IMG/VR virus record: IMGVR_UViG_3300025840_004398
Length of the DNA stretch: 64,000 nucleotides
Direction: 5' to 3' (one strand)
Source: a virus
Taxonomy: Duplodnaviria > Caudoviricetes
This document shows positions 48,201-57,613 of this stretch, one piece after another (the stretch's first letter is position 1; the number at the start of each line of letters is the position of its first letter). Position numbers and translations under genes: made by a program. The notes under the pieces are model-generated. The model saw nothing but the letters and a program-made list of their open reading frames with translations, had not been told where the DNA came from and did not search any database.

Positions 48201-50558
48201 TTAGATTCAAGATTAGATAGTTTAGAAACCGATACTGGTTCTCAAGATAGTAGATTAGATTCTTTAGAATTATATACACAATCACTTGATATAACCAATG
48301 CAGTAATAACTGGTTCATTTACTGGTTCATTTATTGGAGATGGTAGTGGATTGACTGGAATTGTTGCAGATGGTACAATATCTGGTTCAGACCAATTAAC
48401 AAGTTCTTTAGACTTATTATATGAACCAATTGCAAGTGGAACTCATACATTAGTTTCATCGTCTGCACAAGTAATATCACTTCTACCAACGGGAACAGTA
48501 AGTGGTTCATCTCAAGTATTAGGTGGAAGTGGAATATACTCATCCTCAACTCAAGTAGTATCTTCTTTATCAAATCAAACAGTTAATTTTGGTACTGGTG
48601 ATATTACTGCAAATTCATTTAGTGGAGATGGTAGTAGTTTAACAGGTATTACAGTAGCACAAGCTGCAACAGTTGCAGATAGTTTTACAAATCAAACTTC
48701 CGTAACAGTAACTCACAACTTTAATACAAGAAATATACTTGTTGCGGTTTATGATAGTTCTAATAATCAAATTATACCACAAAATGTAAATACCTCAAAC
48801 TTAGACCAAGCAGTTATTACATTCCCAAATGCAGTAACAGGTACGGTGGTTGTTGCAAAAGGTGGTCATATTGTTAATGCAGCTGCAACACAATTTGGTG
48901 GAAACTTCACGGCTAATTCAAGTTTGAATGGATATACATTATCAGGTTCTGGTGATATTGATTTTGTTGGTGATTTAACTGTAAATGGTAATGCAACAAT
49001 TACAGGTACACTTACCCTATCAAACGCAGATGATATAAGAATTCAAGATAATACTTTACTTTTAAACTGGGGTAAAGGAAATACTGATGGTGGATTGCAA
49101 GTTTCATCCAATAGCGGAGCAACAGGTTCTTTATTATGGGATGAAAGTGTAGGTGTTTGGAAAGGTGGTACTTTATCTAGTGAGTATACATTCTATACTA
49201 CTAATAATTTTAGTATTTCAAATATAAACTCATTTACTCAATCCATTGATACAAGAGTAACAAATACAGAATCAACAGGTTCGGTTCATGAAAGTAGATT
49301 GGATAGTTTAGAATCGGCTACTGGTTCATACCAATCACTAGGAGCTGGTGTTTTATCTGGTTCTCAACAAATAACAGATTTTGGATTCATTAGTGGTTCT
49401 GATTTAGATGATATTCATTTATATACTTCATCATTAAAAACTGCTATTGAAGTTAGTGGTACTAACCTAACAGTACTTGGTGATTTAACTGTACAAGGTA
49501 CTAATACATCATTAAACACAACTCAACTTTTAATTGAAGATAAATTAATAACATTAGCAAGTGGTTCTACTACATCATTACAAGCCGATGGAGCTGGTAT
49601 TGAAATTGAAGGAGCTAATAAATCTTTAACTTGGAATCATACTAATAGTTCTTTCCTATTTGATGCTAAAGTAAGTTCATCAGTAGGATTTAAAGGAAAT
49701 GGTTCTGAATTAACCGATATTGTATATTCTAATATTGATTTTGGTGGAACAGGTGTACTAAGCGGTTCAGACCAAGTAACTTCTTCACTTGATTTAAGAT
49801 ACTTAGAAATCAACGGAGATGGTGTACTAAGCGGTTCAGACCAAGTAACTTCATCTTTAGATTTAAGATACTTAGAAATTAATGGTGATGGTGTGTTAAG
49901 TGGGTCAGACCAAGTAACTTCTTCACTTGATTTAAGATACTTAGAAATCAACGGTGATAATGTTCTATCATCATCAAATGAAAACTTTAGTGATTTTTCA
50001 CAATCAATAGATACAAGATTACAATCAGCAGAATCTTTCTCTGCTTCACTTGACATCAATAACGCAATACTTACTGGTTCATTCACAGGTTCATTTACTG
50101 GTGATGGTAGTGGATTAACCGGATTAACAGTTGACCAAGTAGCTTCTGTAACCGCCTCGTTTAGTAATCAATCAACAATTAATGTTGCACACAACTTTGA
50201 TACATATAACGTTATAACTTCAGTATATGATGATACTTTAAACCAGATTATACCACAAACCGTTTCATTAACTGACACAAACACACTACAAGTTGTTTTA
50301 TCATCAACCGAATCCGGTCATGTAGTAGTTGCAAAGGGTGGTCATGTTATAGGTGATGGTTCTTATAGAGTATCTGTATCAGGAAACACTTCTTATACTA
50401 TTACCCATAACCTTAATGAAGATTATCCATTCGTACAATCATGGAACACTGTTTCGGGCCAAATGGAAATACCTAAATCAGTAACAAGTAACTCATCTAA
50501 TGAACTAACAGTAGTATTCGATACGACATTTAGTGGTAAAATAATAGTTAAAAAGTAA
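45264..50558 (+). CDS. Long mosaic fibre protein (VKLKRT...GELAINTYDG N-terminus; three C-terminal THN-type beta domains)
   Basis: 1764 aa; shares modules with the 35752 and 41514 proteins. Confidence 0.8.
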   Translation: MAQVVKLKRTSVQGKIPTTSNLELGELAINTYDGRIFFEKDDGIQSIQEILTTNALNSGSFNLIGAISASSFVSASHFVGDGSGLINVTATSVPFSSITGKPTLVSGSSQIDVTQTQLYSSLATTGSNTFVGSQTIQNSSVGANYSLQVQGSTTGDRFGVITNSTAGNGIVINSRNASNTTNTKLSFSGSSFEFGGGDVTFLDNVTIDGTLTINSAADVLIEENTLKLNYGKSFDSGGLEVAGTNGTGSLLWDDATSRWIAGTLGSEVPILLNSSQVTLSGVTGFTAFSSSVDSRLDALEIDTGSQDNRIDSLESFSSSLSTTENTYSGSFSGSFVGDGSQLSGVTSYTDADTLVYINSQGVISGSSQLEGFVSQSGNFVANETIIATGTNSVTSSNILALDTTNNYLGINQSNPEVTLHMTGDGAQTAQIRMEQFNDSSDAPDIRTRKARGTSASPAKNNAGDFIYRQNSERYNGSAYTTVGQFAVDTNSSNADRFQLTLTVSEDGNTIDAAAAQFKIDGNDGGAITFNDAYKFPTSDGTNGQALVTNGSGVLSFVTATSYTDADTLLYINSQGVISGSSQVTSSLLNQDVDLGTGDLTATDITSTNFTINDTLTAPTITGSLLRLDENGSGLRMTNVGAFDNSSGDFRIFANQDLILATNGQNGTAVTIDQTTKDATFTGNISAVNLTLSGDLTVSGTTTTVNSETINISGSLLKLNYGGGAVDGGIEVTDSTLSGLDTGSLIWDGTNNYWKAGVKGSEVKLLRAEGDGILSGSQQVIDSLPSGVISGSSQITDGSGILSSSNENFTTFSSSVDSRLDALEIDTGSQDSRLDSLELFSSSLSTTENTYSGSFSGSFSGSFALENVTTDILPVDNEVQSLGSPTKRFAEVYLSNNSAKFPSGSFGMNDFGDFTLEDNNGDATSLITSVLKLKDTVTDTIYSITAANDIVEVSTDVSVSGDITLSGTVDGIDLQSFSSSLDSRLDSLETDTGSQDSRLDSLELYTQSLDITNAVITGSFTGSFIGDGSGLTGIVADGTISGSDQLTSSLDLLYEPIASGTHTLVSSSAQVISLLPTGTVSGSSQVLGGSGIYSSSTQVVSSLSNQTVNFGTGDITANSFSGDGSSLTGITVAQAATVADSFTNQTSVTVTHNFNTRNILVAVYDSSNNQIIPQNVNTSNLDQAVITFPNAVTGTVVVAKGGHIVNAAATQFGGNFTANSSLNGYTLSGSGDIDFVGDLTVNGNATITGTLTLSNADDIRIQDNTLLLNWGKGNTDGGLQVSSNSGATGSLLWDESVGVWKGGTLSSEYTFYTTNNFSISNINSFTQSIDTRVTNTESTGSVHESRLDSLESATGSYQSLGAGVLSGSQQITDFGFISGSDLDDIHLYTSSLKTAIEVSGTNLTVLGDLTVQGTNTSLNTTQLLIEDKLITLASGSTTSLQADGAGIEIEGANKSLTWNHTNSSFLFDAKVSSSVGFKGNGSELTDIVYSNIDFGGTGVLSGSDQVTSSLDLRYLEINGDGVLSGSDQVTSSLDLRYLEINGDGVLSGSDQVTSSLDLRYLEINGDNVLSSSNENFSDFSQSIDTRLQSAESFSASLDINNAILTGSFTGSFTGDGSGLTGLTVDQVASVTASFSNQSTINVAHNFDTYNVITSVYDDTLNQIIPQTVSLTDTNTLQVVLSSTESGHVVVAKGGHVIGDGSYRVSVSGNTSYTITHNLNEDYPFVQSWNTVSGQMEIPKSVTSNSSNELTVVFDTTFSGKIIVKK
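49752..49958 (+). repeat. 3 x 69-nt tandem repeat (GVLSGSDQVTSSLDLRYLEINGD)
   Basis: Read directly. Confidence 0.9.
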
Positions 50559-50562
50559 TGGT

Positions 50563-53500
50563 ATGGCTACAGAATGGAATCAAACAACATTTTTATCAAC
50601 TTCAGGTGGTGAGGTAGCACAATTTATTTCAGGTGCAGTTGCATCAGGTGGAAGTGGTGGAAGTTCTTCATCAAGTGGTAATACTGGTAGTATAACAATA
50701 ACTGAAGATACTTCTATTGATTTTGGAAATGCATTTAGCTATCCAGCATACTCTGTTGACCACCAATCAAATGGTAAACTTATAGTTGGTGCAACTAACA
50801 ATTCATATGATGGAACTAATAATTCAACAAAAATATTTAGATTAGCTACTGATGGTACTTTAGATACTTCATTTGGTAACAGAGGTGGAATAACTTATCC
50901 TGGTGTTGATAATATGTCTTACCCAAGGGTAAAAGTTGACCCTATAAATGATAAGATATATGTAAATCCACGATATGGAAAGTTGTATGAAACAACCGGT
51001 ACAAATGAAAGTCAATTATATTATGGTTCACCTCTAACAAGACTTTCTTATTTGTTTAGGTTAAATTCTGATGGTAGTTATGATACAACTTTTAATTCAA
51101 ATGTATATTCTACATTTGGGGGACAATATTCTGCTACAAGTTACCTTATATCAGATTTTGATTTACAAAGTGATGGTAAAATCATAGTAACATCTGAAAA
51201 ATCAGGTTCTTTATTTAGATTAAATCAAAATGGTACTTTAGATAATACATTTAGAAATGGACCTTTAACCGGTTCAACTCAAATGGGAGATGCAACACCT
51301 CCAATGAATACAGGATATCCTAGAACTGTTGTTGTTTTACCCGATGATTCAATTGTTTTCGATATTGCAGATAATACAACATATGAAACATCATCTTTAG
51401 GATATAGTAATACCTTCCATTATACCAGAAGGCCAATAAGAAAAGCATCAGCTGATGGTGCATTGGATACTACATTTAATTCCAATCAAAGTAATTATTA
51501 TGGGCCAAATACCAGAGCTGTAAGATATTCTCACACTCCACATACTATGTTTGCATGGAATGATGGAACTCTTATAATGGGAGGTATTGGAACTCAAATA
51601 TCAGGTTCAAATACATCTCAAAGTTTAGATTTTAGTAGAGTATTCGTACCTGAGTATGGAATACCTGGATATTCATCATATCCTTGGTCAACTCCTTCTG
51701 TATTAACTCAAATATCCCAAAGTGATGCAACCTATATACCAAATGGTAGTAGTGGATTTGTTATAAACGATGTTGGATTGAGAAATGCTGGTCGTAGTAA
51801 TTCTTGGCCAAAAGGATATGACGATTTAGTTACTGATATAGAAAGAGATAAAGTTGGTAACCATTGGGTAGCTGGTATTTTTAATAATTGGGTTGATAAA
51901 AGTGGTAATGTTACTGAAACAGATTGGTATCAGAATCATGCTATACCAACAGAACAACATATTTTAAGAATAAGACCTGATGGTAATATTGATATGTTGG
52001 ATTCTCCATATTTGGATACCGATACAAGTACAGTTAGTTGGGGTATTATAACAGAACCTATAAGTGATATTGCACTATGGCATGATACAGATGATATAAA
52101 AGTAACATTTGTTGGTAAGTTTGATAATGTAAGTTCTGCTAAAGGTGGTATTCTTCAATTTAAAGTAGCAAATGCATATGGATTCACACATACAGTTGGT
52201 ACATATAATGATGGTAGATATGAATTATCATGTGATAAATCGGGTTCAGTAACAGAAGGACAAACTATTACTTGGACATTGCACACTAGAGGAGTTCCAA
52301 CAGGTAATGTTGCTTACACAATTAGTGGAATTACATCTGCCGATTTATCCGCTGGTAGTTTAACTGGTAACTTTAATGTAAATTATCATACCTATAAATG
52401 GGGAAGTCAAGTATCTGTAACTTTAGCAGATGATGGTACTTATGAAACTGAAAATATAACACTTACACTTGATGGAACTGGAATATCACAAACAATTTCA
52501 ATAACTGATACAACATCACAACCATCTGGTGGAGGTGGTGGTGTACCTGGAGCAGGAGTTTATTCTAATGATTGGATGGAAGTTTCTGGTAGTACTACCT
52601 TTAATTTGGTATCAGGAAGTGAAATGACATATAAAATAACTTTAACAGATAACAGTTATTGGAGTAATACCTCTGTTGATGTAACATCTGGTGATTTTTA
52701 TTTTCGAAACTTCAATTATCCTGTCAATAATGCAACTCATGGAGCAACACTTAGAGCAACAGATAGAGGTTTTACTGAAGTTCAATTTGATTTAGATGAT
52801 AGTTATGGTACAATTACTGGAAGTCATTTATTTTTTCACGATGGTGTAGCTGAGTTTAAAGCAATTTATAAGGATTCAACTTATCCAGCATACACAGCAT
52901 CTGCTATAACTAATGGTGATTACTTAACATATAAACCAGGATTGTGGAGGCTTTATAAAAATGGAACTGGTGATATTACATATTCTCCGGGAGTTGGTTC
53001 TAATGATTATAGAAACATAGCACATAGTTCATCAATCAATTGGACTTTACAAGATTGGCCATCTACATCTACAACTTCTTCAATAAGTCAAAGACTTACT
53101 TTATATCCCAATAAAACTATATATTGGGTTAGTAGGTCATTAGATGATGGTGCTTCTGGATATCCAAATGGTCAAACATATAGTAGTGTAAATACTCTTA
53201 ATACTCCAATGAAAATTGGTGATTACATTTATGATGCAACGGGTTCTATTCGAAGTACATATAGTGACTTTGTTGCAACTCATAATTCGGGTACAAGCAG
53301 TTATTTTGATTTCTCAGACCCATCTCCATATGCACCTCATAGACATGCCGCTATTTCTAAAGGACAAGTAATTAAGACTTGGTATAATGATGGTCAAAAA
53401 CAAGGAAATTGGAATCCTGTTATAAAATCTTTATTTACTGGTTCATATGAATGGACAGTAGATTCACCTGAATATAATAAAGTAAGAACCTTTGAAGTTC

Positions 53501-54480
53501 AATCAAAAGAAGGGTGGTGGTATAGATTTAATACACGAGGAACCACAACATTACGTTCCACAGTAGAACCTACTTTGTATTTAACTGAAAGTGGAGATAG
53601 TGGAACAACTTTTACTCAAGGAACTCATTACACAGATGATGTTTTTGGTGATGTATCTCAAGGATGGGCTAAGGAAATAGTTTCTATGAGTGTTAATACA
53701 AATACTCCACCTACATCAGCAACAAATTACTCTACAACAAGAGAAATATATTATCTGTCATCAAATTCTAAACGAAATTTTGGTTGGACAAATTATATAA
53801 GTGGTGTAAGTGGTAGTTTACTATTTTATAGACAGAGTGGTTCTTATGGAGAACAAAATGTAATAGAATCTTATACTTCGGCTTCTGATACTGATTATTT
53901 ATCATACCCCTGGAGAAGAAATGGAATTCCAAGTGGACAATCTGATGAAGGGGATGTTAATTACCATGAAGCTTCTCCTGATACAATGCAAGGTAATCGT
54001 TACATACATTATAATGGTGCAATGTACATGAGAACTCAAAAGGGATTGCCTTATCCAACGACCAATACACAAGGAGATGCTACATTTGTTTGGAAGTATG
54101 ATATACAATCTTTAGATAATACTCAAGGTATATTTTATTTAGGTACTGATATAAATGGAAACATAATTAGTGGTTCTAATAATTTAAATATTGGTGGTAC
54201 TTATAACTATCCAACTGACCTAAGTGGATTTGCTTGGTCAAGTACAACAAAGTTCACTTGCGGTACAGGAAATAAATGGCCTGCAAATGGTGATACTATA
54301 TATTATTATGATGGACCTTTAGCAGGTAATGCATTTACCGCTCCTTCTAATGGTACTTGGTATGTTGTGTTTACCGCTGAAGTACCCACTACTGATTTAA
54401 CTCTTCATTCGAGTACATGGAATAGAATGCAAATAAATACTGATGGTTCAATAGGAACTGTTTTAAATAATATTTCATAA
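50563..54480 (+). CDS. Large adhesin/receptor-binding-like protein with delta-60 (DUF5122-like) beta-propeller repeats and an Ig/Calx-beta-like domain
   Basis: QSNGKLIVG, RL.TDGTLDTSFG, QSDGKIIV, RLNQNGTLDNTF repeats. Confidence 0.7.
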   Translation: MATEWNQTTFLSTSGGEVAQFISGAVASGGSGGSSSSSGNTGSITITEDTSIDFGNAFSYPAYSVDHQSNGKLIVGATNNSYDGTNNSTKIFRLATDGTLDTSFGNRGGITYPGVDNMSYPRVKVDPINDKIYVNPRYGKLYETTGTNESQLYYGSPLTRLSYLFRLNSDGSYDTTFNSNVYSTFGGQYSATSYLISDFDLQSDGKIIVTSEKSGSLFRLNQNGTLDNTFRNGPLTGSTQMGDATPPMNTGYPRTVVVLPDDSIVFDIADNTTYETSSLGYSNTFHYTRRPIRKASADGALDTTFNSNQSNYYGPNTRAVRYSHTPHTMFAWNDGTLIMGGIGTQISGSNTSQSLDFSRVFVPEYGIPGYSSYPWSTPSVLTQISQSDATYIPNGSSGFVINDVGLRNAGRSNSWPKGYDDLVTDIERDKVGNHWVAGIFNNWVDKSGNVTETDWYQNHAIPTEQHILRIRPDGNIDMLDSPYLDTDTSTVSWGIITEPISDIALWHDTDDIKVTFVGKFDNVSSAKGGILQFKVANAYGFTHTVGTYNDGRYELSCDKSGSVTEGQTITWTLHTRGVPTGNVAYTISGITSADLSAGSLTGNFNVNYHTYKWGSQVSVTLADDGTYETENITLTLDGTGISQTISITDTTSQPSGGGGGVPGAGVYSNDWMEVSGSTTFNLVSGSEMTYKITLTDNSYWSNTSVDVTSGDFYFRNFNYPVNNATHGATLRATDRGFTEVQFDLDDSYGTITGSHLFFHDGVAEFKAIYKDSTYPAYTASAITNGDYLTYKPGLWRLYKNGTGDITYSPGVGSNDYRNIAHSSSINWTLQDWPSTSTTSSISQRLTLYPNKTIYWVSRSLDDGASGYPNGQTYSSVNTLNTPMKIGDYIYDATGSIRSTYSDFVATHNSGTSSYFDFSDPSPYAPHRHAAISKGQVIKTWYNDGQKQGNWNPVIKSLFTGSYEWTVDSPEYNKVRTFEVQSKEGWWYRFNTRGTTTLRSTVEPTLYLTESGDSGTTFTQGTHYTDDVFGDVSQGWAKEIVSMSVNTNTPPTSATNYSTTREIYYLSSNSKRNFGWTNYISGVSGSLLFYRQSGSYGEQNVIESYTSASDTDYLSYPWRRNGIPSGQSDEGDVNYHEASPDTMQGNRYIHYNGAMYMRTQKGLPYPTTNTQGDATFVWKYDIQSLDNTQGIFYLGTDINGNIISGSNNLNIGGTYNYPTDLSGFAWSSTTKFTCGTGNKWPANGDTIYYYDGPLAGNAFTAPSNGTWYVVFTAEVPTTDLTLHSSTWNRMQINTDGSIGTVLNNIS

Positions 54481-54491
54481 AAGGAATAATT

Positions 54492-54815
54492 ATGTTTTTA
54501 AAATCAAATGACATATTTACATTGGAAAACTTAATATCGGCAAGAGATAAAACTATTGTTATGTTTGGTGTTAAGTGGTGCGAACAGTGCCAATCTATAA
54601 AAAAAGAGTTTATAAAATTAGAACCAACCGAAAGAAGTAGAGATATTGATTTTATTTATTGTGATGTAGATAAAAACCAAAATATTTCGGATTTGGTAGA
54701 AATACAAAAATTACCAACATTTGTTTCTTTTAATAGAACTAACGTAGTATTAAAACACGAAGGTAAAACAAAAAAAGATATTATAAAAACATTAAAGTCA
54801 TTTGCTAAGATATGA
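54492..54815 (+). CDS. Thioredoxin-like protein
   Basis: F..KWCEQC active site, .DVD, I..LPTF..F cis-Pro loop; 107 aa. Confidence 0.85.
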   Translation: MFLKSNDIFTLENLISARDKTIVMFGVKWCEQCQSIKKEFIKLEPTERSRDIDFIYCDVDKNQNISDLVEIQKLPTFVSFNRTNVVLKHEGKTKKDIIKTLKSFAKI

Positions 54816-57283
54816 GTATAACTAGATTTGGAAGATTTTACACATTTGGTAATGGAAAGACCCTTCAATTTATAAGTGGTTCTATTCCTACTAACTATAC
54901 ATATACATTATCTTTAAGCTCAAATACAGTTGATGAGGGAGATACTGTTGTTATTACTCTTACTTCTTCTCAAAGACAACCAAATGGTACACAGATTCCA
55001 TACACCATTTCTGGTAATAATATCTATACTTCTGATTTTGTTTCAATACCTGGTTTAAGTGGTAATTTTACATTACAAAATAACACAGGTTCTGTTAGTT
55101 TAGAAATTGCAGAAGATTATTCAACAGAAGGTGGAGAAGTTTTTACTTTAACTTTGGATAACGAAAACGTAAGTGCTAGTGTAAGTGTAAATGATACATC
55201 AATAGTAGGTGGTAATGCAACTTATTCTTTAACTCATACAGGAACACCTCAATCTGGATATGTTGGTGGTACTATGGAAGGGACTACTGTTACATTTACA
55301 TTAACAACTACAAATATTCCAGATGGAAATCATGTTTCTTATTCAGTAAGTAATATATATTCAAACGATATAGGTGAAGCGGATTTAGATTTAACAAATT
55401 CCTCAAATTATCCAGATGGTAGTTTTATAATCAACAACAATTCTGCAACTGCAAGTTTTAAACTAAAATCAGACTTTGAAACAGAAGGTTCGGAATATCT
55501 TAGATTGAGAGTTTATGATGTTAATTCAGCAACTCAAACTGATATAGAAACTGCTTTTATTTACGATACTAGTTTAAATTGGGATTTGGGGGATTCGGGT
55601 CCTTCTAATACAATTGCATTTACAAATAATACATCTCAATCTGTTTATTTCGATACCCAAAGTGCTGCATTAGAAATATGTGATGCAACTCACTTTTCAA
55701 ATTCGGAAGAATGGCCAATAGAAATACAATTCAAAAGTGGTAGTAGTAGTACATATAGAACAAGTTTAGATGAAGTTGAAGTTGATGATGAAGTTTATTA
55801 TACACTTGGTAATCAAACCTTTCAATTAAATTATCAAGGAGTAGGTGCTCAACCCCAAGTACTACAATTTTATGGATTCTCTTCTACTTGGAGGGGAGTT
55901 CCAACTCATATATTTAGAGTAGAAAATGGAGTGGTTAAAGGAACATTTCCCGTAGGTTACTATGGTAAACTTTTAATATCAAATGACTATGGAGGAAAAT
56001 GGAGAAGTACAAGTGTAGGAGGTGCTTTTGTAGTTAACGCTAATGGTATATTACATGATGCATTAACTTCATCTGGTGGTGCTATACGTTCTGTTATTGA
56101 TAGCCAAAATAGAGTAATCGTTTTAAATAATAATAATACTAATGGTGGTTTCAAAAGATTAAATACAGATGGAACCTTAGATACTGTATTTAGTGCAAGT
56201 CATTTTGATACTGTTGAGGGAAGTTCAGCTATTTTATACAACGTTGGTGTAGATAGTGAAGATAATGTTATATTTGGTGTTCCTACTGAAACGACTGATT
56301 CTCTTCTTTATTACTATACCGCCTCACTACGATATACACCAACAATACAAGGTGTAACGAATTGGGAACCTGCTGCAAGAAGGTTAGAAAAAGTAAGTGG
56401 TAGTTTGGACCAAACTTATTCTACAAGTTCCCTTGTACCTGCTTTTATCCAATCAAGATATACCCAAGTAAATCATTGGGTTACTTTACCTAATCAAGAA
56501 ATGGTTGGTATCGGTGAAATGAATATAGTAAATTCTAATTCTTACCCATCTGGAATTACTGGTTCTATTTATGCTCACATAGATTCTGATGGTAATTTCA
56601 AAAAAGGAAGTGGATTTAACTTTAATCAAGATTACATTCACTCATATGGGGGTAGTAGTCCTGGAGCTGGACCAAACGCTGGAATATACATACCTCAAAT
56701 ATTAAATACAGATTACAGAGAACTTTTAATTGTTGGAGGAGATTTTACATCATTTGTAAAAAATGGTACAACTTATAATCAAAATGGATTATTGTGTTTA
56801 AGTTCATCGGGTGAGTTGGTAGATTTATTTAGTGGTAGTGATGATGGATTCTCACATGATAGTGGTGATTCTTCCATATGGCCAACAGATATAGATTTTA
56901 GTGGAAGTCATTTGGTAGTAAGTGGTAGATTCCATGAATGGGATAATTATCCTGCAAATGGAATAATATTATTCAAATGGGATAATACTAAAGAAAAGTT
57001 TGTACACGATAGAGCATTTAATTCAACAACTGGTTCGGTAAATAATGGTACTAAATTATATTTTAATAGTGTAACATTTGGTATTGATGGTAATATATAC
57101 GCAATAGGTGGTAATGATTATTGGAATGGTACTGATTATTGGGGAAGTGCATGGGGAACTGTATGGAAATTTGATTTAGAAGGAAATGTAGATTTAACTT
57201 GGGTAGCTAATGCGGGTAATGGATATGAAGCTAGTTTATTTGGTTGGCAGAAAATCAGAGCTTTTAAAAATTTAGTTTCATAA
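54812..57283 (+). CDS. Adhesin-like virion protein with two Calx-beta/Ig-like domains and delta-60-like propeller repeats
   Basis: EGDTV.ITL...D..TEGGE.FTL.L; RLNTDGTLDTVF; IDSDG; FDLEGNVDL.W. Confidence 0.7.
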   Translation: MSITRFGRFYTFGNGKTLQFISGSIPTNYTYTLSLSSNTVDEGDTVVITLTSSQRQPNGTQIPYTISGNNIYTSDFVSIPGLSGNFTLQNNTGSVSLEIAEDYSTEGGEVFTLTLDNENVSASVSVNDTSIVGGNATYSLTHTGTPQSGYVGGTMEGTTVTFTLTTTNIPDGNHVSYSVSNIYSNDIGEADLDLTNSSNYPDGSFIINNNSATASFKLKSDFETEGSEYLRLRVYDVNSATQTDIETAFIYDTSLNWDLGDSGPSNTIAFTNNTSQSVYFDTQSAALEICDATHFSNSEEWPIEIQFKSGSSSTYRTSLDEVEVDDEVYYTLGNQTFQLNYQGVGAQPQVLQFYGFSSTWRGVPTHIFRVENGVVKGTFPVGYYGKLLISNDYGGKWRSTSVGGAFVVNANGILHDALTSSGGAIRSVIDSQNRVIVLNNNNTNGGFKRLNTDGTLDTVFSASHFDTVEGSSAILYNVGVDSEDNVIFGVPTETTDSLLYYYTASLRYTPTIQGVTNWEPAARRLEKVSGSLDQTYSTSSLVPAFIQSRYTQVNHWVTLPNQEMVGIGEMNIVNSNSYPSGITGSIYAHIDSDGNFKKGSGFNFNQDYIHSYGGSSPGAGPNAGIYIPQILNTDYRELLIVGGDFTSFVKNGTTYNQNGLLCLSSSGELVDLFSGSDDGFSHDSGDSSIWPTDIDFSGSHLVVSGRFHEWDNYPANGIILFKWDNTKEKFVHDRAFNSTTGSVNNGTKLYFNSVTFGIDGNIYAIGGNDYWNGTDYWGSAWGTVWKFDLEGNVDLTWVANAGNGYEASLFGWQKIRAFKNLVS

Positions 57284-57298
57284 AATAAAAATTTATGT

Positions 57299-57610
57299 AT
57301 GGATAAAGGTAACAAAAAATTAGCAGAAGCTAAGTTTTCTGATAATAGAAAAAAAATAATTAAAGCAGAAAAAATTATATCAGAATTAAGTGGTTATAAG
57401 TTTAGATGGAATGAAGGTCAAAATTCTTATATAGGAACTGATTATGGTTTTTTGGGTAATGAACTAAAAAACAATGAATATCTTAAAGACTTGGTAATAG
57501 AAAACGAAGGAATTCATTATATTAGATATGAATCTATTGTAACCATATTGGCAGAGTCAGTAAAAATTTTACAAGAAAAAGTTAAAATTTTAGAACAAAA
57601 TAAAAAATAA
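57299..57610 (+). CDS. Stand-alone S74-like fibre chaperone domain
   Basis: FSD.RKK, ELSGYKF.WN, DYGF...E, I.YE..V..L.E.VK.L..KV..LE; parallels the fused S74 domains in this window. Confidence 0.7.
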   Translation: MDKGNKKLAEAKFSDNRKKIIKAEKIISELSGYKFRWNEGQNSYIGTDYGFLGNELKNNEYLKDLVIENEGIHYIRYESIVTILAESVKILQEKVKILEQNKK

Positions 57611-57613
57611 TTT

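Noticed and set aside
27179-57283. Diversity-generating retroelement or invertase shufflon acting on fibres
   Set aside because: No reverse transcriptase or recombinase in the window, the repeats are direct rather than inverted, and I saw no adenine-specific mismatch pattern
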